Made by a program: the position numbers and the translations under genes
Assembly: GCA_964016885.1 (NCBI GenBank)
Contig: OZ024740.1
Coordinates: forward strand, 200,322,001 to 200,386,000
Reading direction: 5' to 3'
DNA length: 64,000 bases
DNA from: Eledone cirrhosa
Taxonomy: Eukaryota
Part shown: positions 55,697 to 64,000 of the stretch, piece after piece
Layout of the letters: each line of letters begins with the position of its first letter
How positions within the stretch are numbered: position 1 is the first letter of the stretch
The notes under the pieces: generated by a model
Databases searched by the model: none
The model's input: only the letters and a program-made list of their open reading frames with translations
What the model was told of the DNA's origin: nothing

Positions 55697-58600
55697 CTAC
55701 AGGATGGTATACAGAGAAGGCCCATTTACACGAGCCATTCTCGCCACTATCACCCACCTTTCATAAAACTGCCTGTGGCCAAGCACGGAAGAAGTAGACC
55801 AGACTATGGCCAGAGAGGAAGTTGCCTGACCTCAGACCTTTCAATCGTCTCCACCAAACAACCTCTTTCAACATGGCTATTACGCACAGAAAAACCGCCT
55901 TTGCTTCCTTTGTGAAGAGGGGAGGCGGTTTGATTGTCATCACGGACTCGGCGGTCAATTTAATCGGCGCCACCCGCGACAGCAGTCGTTCGGCGTAGCC
56001 CCACAGATCAGCCACGCCCGGACATTGCACCAATGCGTGCGCAACGGTTTCTTCGTGACGCACGCATCTAGGGCAAATCTTTTTTGAGGGATCCCTGCCC
56101 GGGCGCCCGTGTCTGTAGAGCCTCTCTCGAACGGGTAGAGCCCCCCGGTAGCACTGCCAGGCCAGTGACTTCTGGAAGTTGTCCATTGATCCTGGGCCGA
56201 AAGTCCTACCGAACAGGCTGGCCAGTTCGTCTTCTTCCATGTCCAGCGACTCTCCAAGGGTGTCATCGCCCCTGCTAGCCACCAGCCCTCTATAGAATGA
56301 TGAGGTGGATTCTCCACCGATGGCCTGGCCCGCTTGCCAGAGAGCCCTGAGCGCCTGAGCACACTCAGTGTGCCAGTCTCCCAGTTTTCCGGATCTTTGC
56401 TTGACCCAGGACTGTAGCTCGGTGAGCGAGACGAGTCTCGGAAAGGCTCGTTTCACGAACGGAGCCCACACCGGTTGACCAGTGAGGAATACCTGTAGGT
56501 GCCGTAGCCTTAATGCGTGCCTACGCATCATCAACCACGGCATCCCCAGCCCTCCTTTCGAAGGTTGTTGGCAGCAGATGGATCTTCTCACCATAGGAGG
56601 GCGCTTCTTCCAAAAAATTGGAAGAGCATGCGTTCCATGGTGGTGAGTGTTTCCTTAGGGCAAGGCACGACAGTCAGGCGGTAGTAAGTGACAGACGCTA
56701 TGTAAATGTTCGCCACCTCCGCCCGGCCTTTTAGGGACAGCTTACACTTGGCCCATTTCTGGGTTAGTGGAAACACCTTGTTCGTAACCTCGTTCCAGTT
56801 CTTTTCCACCTGGAGGTCCGGTCCAAACCAGACCCCAAGCAACTTTACCGGGCCCTCCGTCCAGTGTCCGACGACACCGTCAGGAGGCATCGGTCTGCCT
56901 CTCCACGTTCCGAGTTGCAGCCTGATGGATTTTTCCCGGTTCAGTTTCGCTCCTGACAACCTTTCGTACTCCTCCATTAAGGTACCGACCGCCTCGATCT
57001 CCGAGTCGGTCGATACCATTACTGTTACGTCATCGGCGTAGGCCGACACCGCTTTGCTCAATCCTGGTTCCAGGGGGATACCCTGCAACAATTCCAACTT
57101 CCTCAGTAAAGGCTCGAGAGTCAATACGTACAGAAGGGAGGAGAGAGGGCACTCCTGTCGAATGGATCGTGTGATTTCAAACGGCTTCGAAAGGTAGCCG
57201 TTCACCTTGATCCTAGAACAGATGTGGTTGCTATGTAAGGCAGTGATCCAGCCTCTGAAAACAGGACCGAACCCAGCCGCCGCTAGCACCGCATCCAGGT
57301 AACCATGATCGACCCTATCGAAGGCCTTAGACTGATCCAAGTTGATCAGGGCCCCACCGAAGCCGGGTTTGTTGCCGACCCTCTCTAAGATGTATCGCAT
57401 GAGGTGGAGGTTATCGTGAATGGACCTGGATGGGATAGCACATGTCTGCGCATCTCCCACCAGGCCACCTACGACAAGCGCCAACCTCTTTGCTAACACC
57501 TTGGCCAAAATCTTTAACTCTGTGTTTAGCAGGGTTATGGGCCGAAAATTATTTATACTATCTCCCTTGTTCTCGTCCTTCCTCACCAGCGTGACTACGC
57601 CCTTGGCTACAGAACAAGGAATTCTCCCGTTCTGCTGTCAATTGCAGTAGACCGCTTCGAGGAGTTCGGAGAAGAAGACCGGCATTGCTAAATAAAGTTC
57701 GTAAGGTATACCATCAAGACCTGGAGATTTGCGTCTGCTGCATTGGCTCAGCGCATCTCCGATTTCATCAGCCGAGATTGGTCCCTCGCAGGACTCTGCC
57801 TCTTCGCTCGAGAGACGCGGCAGGCCGTCGAGGTATGGACCGAAATCCACGCCCCCGCCCGGACCCTCGCCTCCCCCGAACAATCGGGCAAAGTGCCTTT
57901 GAAAGGCTTCGCACATCTGTTTAGGCTCCCGGATCACCCGTCCATCTTCGTCTTGCAACGACTGGATGGTGGATCGATTTCCACTCTTAGCTTCTGTCAC
58001 GCGGGCCCAGCCAACGGCTTTGGCCCCCTCATTACCTAGAGCACGTATTTTACTTCGAATGACGCAGCCTTCGTGCTTTGCATCGAAAAACTGGTTCAAG
58101 GCCGTCCTCAATGCCAGCACTCTGGCCAGATCTTCGCTCTTGATTGCCTCTTCTAATTTACCTGTTAATTCTTTCTCGTTTCTATTCCTATCGGCATCTA
58201 ACATCTTGCTATAACTTATTGATTCTGTTCTAATCTCTCTTTTGAGAGATGCCCACTATCGATTGTTGACGATTGCACCCGTCAACCTCTCCTTAACTAA
58301 TCTGCTAATCCGGTTTCTGTAAGTCTCTTTTGCCGGTAAAGACAAATTAAGTTTCCAGTAACCGGGACCCTGTTTATGTGTTTTCTCGAGATTGACTACG
58401 CAGGTCACTAATTTGTGATCCGTGTAGCCAACCGTGCGCATTTCTGGACAGCTTAATATGTCCCTATCCTTACTTCTAACTGAGAATCTAACTAAGTACG
58501 ATCTAGATTGACCACTGTGGTTTCTCCAAGTCCAGGTAGGCACAGTTGGAAATTCTAGTCGATATCTATCGACCAAGTTAAAACGGTCGAGTAACCCCTT

Positions 58601-59094
58601 GAGGATGTTACACCCCCTCTATTAGGACATGCTCCTGAATAGTCCCAACGTGCATCTAGGATGTCATTCCAATCCCCCACTAGAAGCAGGGAACGGGACG
58701 TTTCCAGAAAAGTCTCCAAACGCTGGATGAAGTCGGGCCGTTCAGCTCCGAAAGGGGAGTAGACGGCAACCAGTCTCAAGGCCGCACTTTCACTACTGCC
58801 AACGTCTAGCACCAACAAACGACCCTCCGGGTCCGAGTGCACAACCTGTACGGCAAGACCCAGGTGTTTTTGCAGCAGTACGACAACCCCACCCCCACCT
58901 CCAGGTTGACAGAGAGATGCATGCACCTCAAAGTCATCGAAGGTGGGGGCCAGCTGCCGCACGACGCTGATTCGAGTCTCACAGATAACCATTACATTTA
59001 TACTACATGACCTGAGGTCATTTAGAAGCTTTGCTTGCTTCCAAGTTGAGCCCAGGCCACGTGCATTCAAACATCCTACTCTTAACACATCCAT
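55697..59094 (-). pseudogene. LINE ORF2: APE endonuclease, reverse transcriptase and zf-RVT, with stops and frameshifts
   Basis: CLNARGL, ETR, VGDWN, TDHKLV, GYWKLN, KSPGLDG, NFRPITLLN, DQSKAFDRV, RQECPLS, YADD, CPRC..H..C. Confidence 0.92.
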
Positions 59095-59127
59095 GTGGGC
59101 GGCAGAGCCAAAGGAGAGTGTAGAGAC

Positions 59128-61001
59128 CTACCTTTCCGCTTTCCGGGGTTCGGGTTGCACGACCTCCATGGGGTCGGGGGTGTTGGGTGGGGTTGGGGTG
59201 TTTGGAGTGATGTTGGGGAGGGGAAGGGGAGGGGGAAAGCTTTTTAGTTGGACGCGGTTTATGGGTTTGACAGAGGGTGGTCCTACGTCCTCCTTAAAAT
59301 CCTTTTTTAGTTTTTGGTAGAGGTTCATTGGGATCTTTATTAATTTTAAATGTGGGTAGTTTTCTGACGAAACAAAGTTTACACCTTCGGTTTGTACCGA
59401 AGGATTATTGTATATGAGTGCATTTAATTTATTATTGTTTCTGTTGATGTAAGTATAGTGTAATGTCTTTTTTTCGGATGGTGTGAGTGTTTCGAAGAGG
59501 GGAGAGGCAGGTTTGGTTTTGTTTGTTGCTGGAGGTGTGTTTTCTGTTTTGTTGGATTGTGTTGAGATTTGGGTGGGGGTTGTTTGGCCTTGTGTGTTTT
59601 GCACATGTTTTCTTTTTTTCCTTTTAATCTGTCTGAAGGACTCCGTTTCTTCCTCCGAATTCGTTGGGTTATCTTCAGTGTTGGAGGGAAGAGGTATGTT
59701 TGCTGGTAATGTTTCCGTGTTGGTTTTCTTTGTGGGGGAGATGGATGTCACTATGTTAGACTGTGTTGTGTGTTGTGTCTGCGGTGGTTGTGTTGTTTTA
59801 TTGAGTGAGGGGTAGGGTGGGCCTGTATTTTGTTTTGGGGTAATGTGTTGTGACTGTTTGTGTTGTGGTGGTGGTGTAGTTTTACTGAGGGACGGGTTGG
59901 GTGGGACTGAATTTTGTTGTTTGTTTATCTGTTGTGGTGGTGGTGGTGGAGCTGGTGTTGGTAGCAGGGTTTTCTTTTTGTTGAGTTGAGGAAAAGCGGC
60001 CTTCAGGTGCCCTCTGCCTGCACAGATATGGCAGGACGGCCTTCTCCCCTCCACGCTAATGTTTATATACCCGTGGCCCTCTAATAGGATTCTGTCGGGT
60101 ATTTGGGCGATGCGTTCAGGCGTCATTTGCACTACCAGCTCTATATCTGTTCCACTGAACGCATTGCCTGTGGTTTTCCCAATGGAAATCACGTTGTCAT
60201 TCACTGGATCGATGAAGCCAGCTATGAGCCAGCAGTAGTCCACATCTGGCATCATTGCATCCAGCCATATGCGTTGAGGTCTTTTACCCATATAAGATGG
60301 ATAAAAGGTAAAATTTTTCGAACGAATCGCTGACAAAGCACATTTTTTTGCCGCCGATTCGTTCTTCCATACAGCCTGTCTTTTCTTATGAAAGTGGTTT
60401 CATTAAGTACTTCTGTGAGTACTGTTTTGATATCTGCCTGAGTTGGCTGTTCAGGTTTTTTTGTACTGTTGTTGATGGTGCGAAACTTGATCGTTCGGCT
60501 TTCAATGTCTTTGGTGAATTCTTGAGGCATTTTTACCGATAAAATACCATTCTCTCCTTCACTTATGTATTGTTTGGCGTCTGTGATTCTTCTTGCCACA
60601 TCTGAAATATTTTCCGGTATATAAGTCAAAGATTTCTTTGTTGTCTGTTCAAATGAAATCTTGTCGTCTGCTTTGCTTTCTGTTATGGTGTTATTTTCAA
60701 ATGTTATTTTTGTGTTTGTTTTGTCTTTGTTTGTGTTATTAGTATTGTCATGCAATTTTTCAAATTTTTTTTTTTCGTTGTTGGAATCCATGTCCAGATT
60801 TGTGTTTTCGTCATTTTTTTTCTCCGCAGATTCGTCTGTTTTTATTTTAATTTTTCCTTCCTTCTCTATGACGTTAGTTGGGAAGGAAGGGGGGACTAAA
60901 GCGTGCGAGCTTACAACTCTTACCGCTGTCCCCCCACCACTATTTTCGTTCGCTGCGTTTAACATTTCTGTTAGACGATTGAAATTTTTTTGCCACAACA
61001 T
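59128..61001 (-). pseudogene. LINE ORF1 (gag-like zinc knuckle), split by a frameshift near 60340
   Basis: CHICAGRGHLKAAF is a CCHC knuckle with the last Cys mutated; P/T/Q-rich linker; immediately upstream of ORF2. Confidence 0.75.
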
Positions 61002-61199
61002 TTTTTAAAACAGGTTTTTCACCTCTAGGAGGGGTGAAAATGAGCTGACCCACCGCCTGACAGTTCAGACGGGGGGTCAAGCTACACAATTGTACCAAAA
61101 TTAAATTTGAACTCACAAAATTTCCGCAATAAATTTGAACAAAACTCCTGCGCGAAGTGAATTACATCCACACTGTAGAACAGACGACAGCTAGATTAT

Positions 61200-61200
<1 letters not shown>

Positions 61201-61271
<71 letters not shown>
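61201..61271. repeat. (TAGA)n microsatellite
   Basis: Directly visible. Confidence 0.95.
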
Positions 61272-61380
61272 TGGTAGAACACTGCCACTGGTGGGTTATA
61301 TCCGCAGTAGTAAAGATGATGATCGGTTTGAGGTGAAACAAATTGTACGCGGAAATGGTGTATCAACTGTTGGAGAACTA

Positions 61381-61429
<49 letters not shown>

Positions 61430-61829
61430 GGGTGCGTATGATTGTGTATAGTAGATTATATTAATACAAGGAATTCCAACTTTGTCTGATTTACGTGTTT
61501 TATTTACAATCCTTTAAAATTATAATGGTATTATAATGAAATAGTATGGTAGAATATTAAATGTTAAGTGTTAATTGAACAAGTACTTTCATGCTTTCGC
61601 AATCTTCAGGTTAATATTCAGTGGTGACAGTCAAGTTTGTAATTTTCAACTGTTGGAAATGTATGTATATGAATATATATATTTTGAAAATAGTGCCTCC
61701 GTTGTATTTTTTACTAAATACATAAACCTTGTGTATGACTGTGTGGTTGATCTCGACAGGTACCGGTTAATGGAGGTTCTAGGGGAGTATCAATAAAGCC
61801 TGTGCAGGACCCTCTCCGTATGAGGTGTG

Positions 61830-62300
61830 CTGAAGCAATGGAAAGTCATGTTCACTAGTGGTGTAAAGCAGGAGATTGAATTATGTTCAAGAATTGCAGG
61901 ATTTTTTCAGTAATATGCCAGACTCATATCTACAATTCGGTATTCGTTCCCAACCTTATTTACGGTAATGAATGTTGGATAATGTCAGAAAAAATACGAT
62001 TGACAATAAATGTCAGCGAAATGGGATACCTCCGAAAGGCATTTCGTGTAGCGTTGTACAGTATAGTGAGTATCTCGACCAGAGAGACGTTCTAGTTAGA
62101 GCCGCTGCCTCTCCGAATTGAGAGATGACAGATCTGATACTACAGACATGGGTTAAAATGTTTCAGGGAGGAATCGGGGATTAGATATTACCGGCAAAAC
62201 CAGCCGACAGGGGACTCAGGGGTAGACACTGTAGACAGGGTAGACAGATGTCTGGATAAAATTCATGAGGTCTGCTGGCATCGCTTTGGGTTACAGCTGG
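61830..62300 (+). pseudogene. RTE/Expander-like LINE 3' fragment
   Basis: IYNSVFVPNLIYGNECWIMSEKIR..SEMGYLRK, LEPLPLRIER. Confidence 0.7.
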
Positions 62301-62672
62301 ATCAACTTGATATATATATATATATATATATATAAACAGCTGGTGATATGCATGTAAGTAAATATTCTCTTTATCTGATATTTTGTAACTAACCTTACAT
62401 AGATCAATAACGAAGTATAGCTACAATGTATTATCATCACCTAGAAACGATCGTAAAGCAGGGAAGTATATCTCTAATGACTTGATTTTTTATTTCATTG
62501 TTTTAACTTATATCATGACACTGTTTTCCTTTTAATGTTTTATTTTTTTCCGGGATTTATCTTAACCTTTAACATTTTCAACATATGGATTACATTGAGT
62601 TCTTCATGCAGAATATACCCCACAACTTAGCGTGGATATCTCTTTTTCTCTCTCTCTCTATATATATATATA

Positions 62673-63059
62673 TATTGTGATGTCACTGCCGGCAATAAAG
62701 AGTATCCATATATAGGTTCGACATCCACTACGTTGAAGGAGCGCTGGTATAACCATAGAAGCTCCTTTAAACATTGGCTGAAACGATCCCAAACCAGACT
62801 GGCCGATTTCATCTGGGACCTCAAGGACAGGAATATCGAACCCCAGATCTCGTGGTCAGTGAAAAGACGCGTGGCACAACTCCCTAGTGACAGAAACCAC
62901 TACAGGTTATGCCTGACTGAGGCTGCAGAAATAATTAAATTAAAATCTGCCATAAACTATATGTCGGACATAATTGTCAATTGCAGACACACCAAGCTGA
63001 ACACTTTTTCCGCACAAACATTCGGGGGAGGGCCGCCCACTAACCATGATCCTGCATAA
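62673..63059 (+). pseudogene. PLE GIY-YIG fragment followed by CA-rich degenerate repeats
   Basis: YCDV..YIGSTSTTLKERWYNH..TRLADFIWDLK..LCLTE..IN..CRH. Confidence 0.8.
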
Positions 63060-63899
63060 TAATAACCACCTCTGTCCCGTCTCACCATCGTCCATCTCAG
63101 CGAATTTATTTTATTGTATTGCATGTAACCTTTTGTAAGCCCGTATTTTGTATATCATGCCACATACATCACCCCCACCAAAAATCACATCGCCATACAC
63201 CCCTCATCCTTGCAACATTGTGTTCTATCTGTCCTCTCTGTCAGGTTTTACCTTGCAAACCATATTAACATCTGATCCTGTAAATACAATGTCGATCATA
63301 TCACACCATCGCCACCACCACCACACCACGCATCGTCATATGTCTACCATCCACAACCTCTGTATACCCTAACCTACAACCCACGCTAAATTCGACCCTG
63401 TAAATGTATTGTCGCACACACCACCACCACCACCACTAGATACATCCACATACTTCAACAATCATTAACATCATTAACATCATCAACGCATATAATCCCT
63501 CACTCCCAGATCGACTGTGTTATATCCGCCCCCATTTGCCTTACCCTGTAACCCACCGTAACACCTGATCATGTAATCACTTTGTTGAACATATCACGTC
63601 AGCACCATCATCACCACCATGACCACAACACACATCGCTATACATCCATAAATATTTTTTCCCCGCGTTCGCTATGTCACCTTTTAACCTGTAACCCATC
63701 GTATTATTCGATCCTGTATATTTTTGTCGCTCACAACTCCACCACCACCACCACCACCACAAGACACAACTCCATACCTCAACATCCATTAATTTCAGCA
63801 ACACCGCCAACACATACCTTCCCTCTCCAACCAACGCAAGTGTGTGTGTCAGTGTGTAAGTGTTGTTTATATATATGTGCGTATACATATATGTATATG

Positions 63900-63939
<40 letters not shown>

Positions 63940-64000
63940 TATATGTATGCGTGTGTATGTGTATGTATGTATGTGTGTATGTATGTGTGTATGTATGTGC

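Larger units (their letters stand above)
55483..61196 (-). mobile_element. Near full-length Tx1/L1-group LINE, mutated
   Basis: ORF1 plus ORF2 (EN-RT-zf); tatatagatagatagat present on both flanks. Confidence 0.9.

Overview
AT-rich eukaryotic, almost entirely repetitive DNA; the SINE types and (TA)n/(TATG)n load suggest a cephalopod (inference). No host gene could be supported. The window is dominated by Penelope-like element (PLE) remnants: seven 5'-truncated GIY-YIG ORF fragments, six Naiad-like and one Penelope/Poseidon-like. Many short non-coding fold-back elements also occur, nearly all inserted in (TA)n. Reading both strands by eye gives about 15 type I hammerhead ribozyme (HHR) motifs from about 10 unrelated families. 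These families share one architecture: HHR, often AATAAA, then a conserved RYTC..GARY hairpin with a 40-70 nt tail, plus a tail-less inverted copy. Other content: a near full-length Tx1-like LINE and a second Tx1 fragment, RTE and R4-like LINE fragments, Helitron remnants, a Tc1/mariner-type MITE and tRNA-derived SINEs. Coordinates were counted manually and may be off by a few bases.
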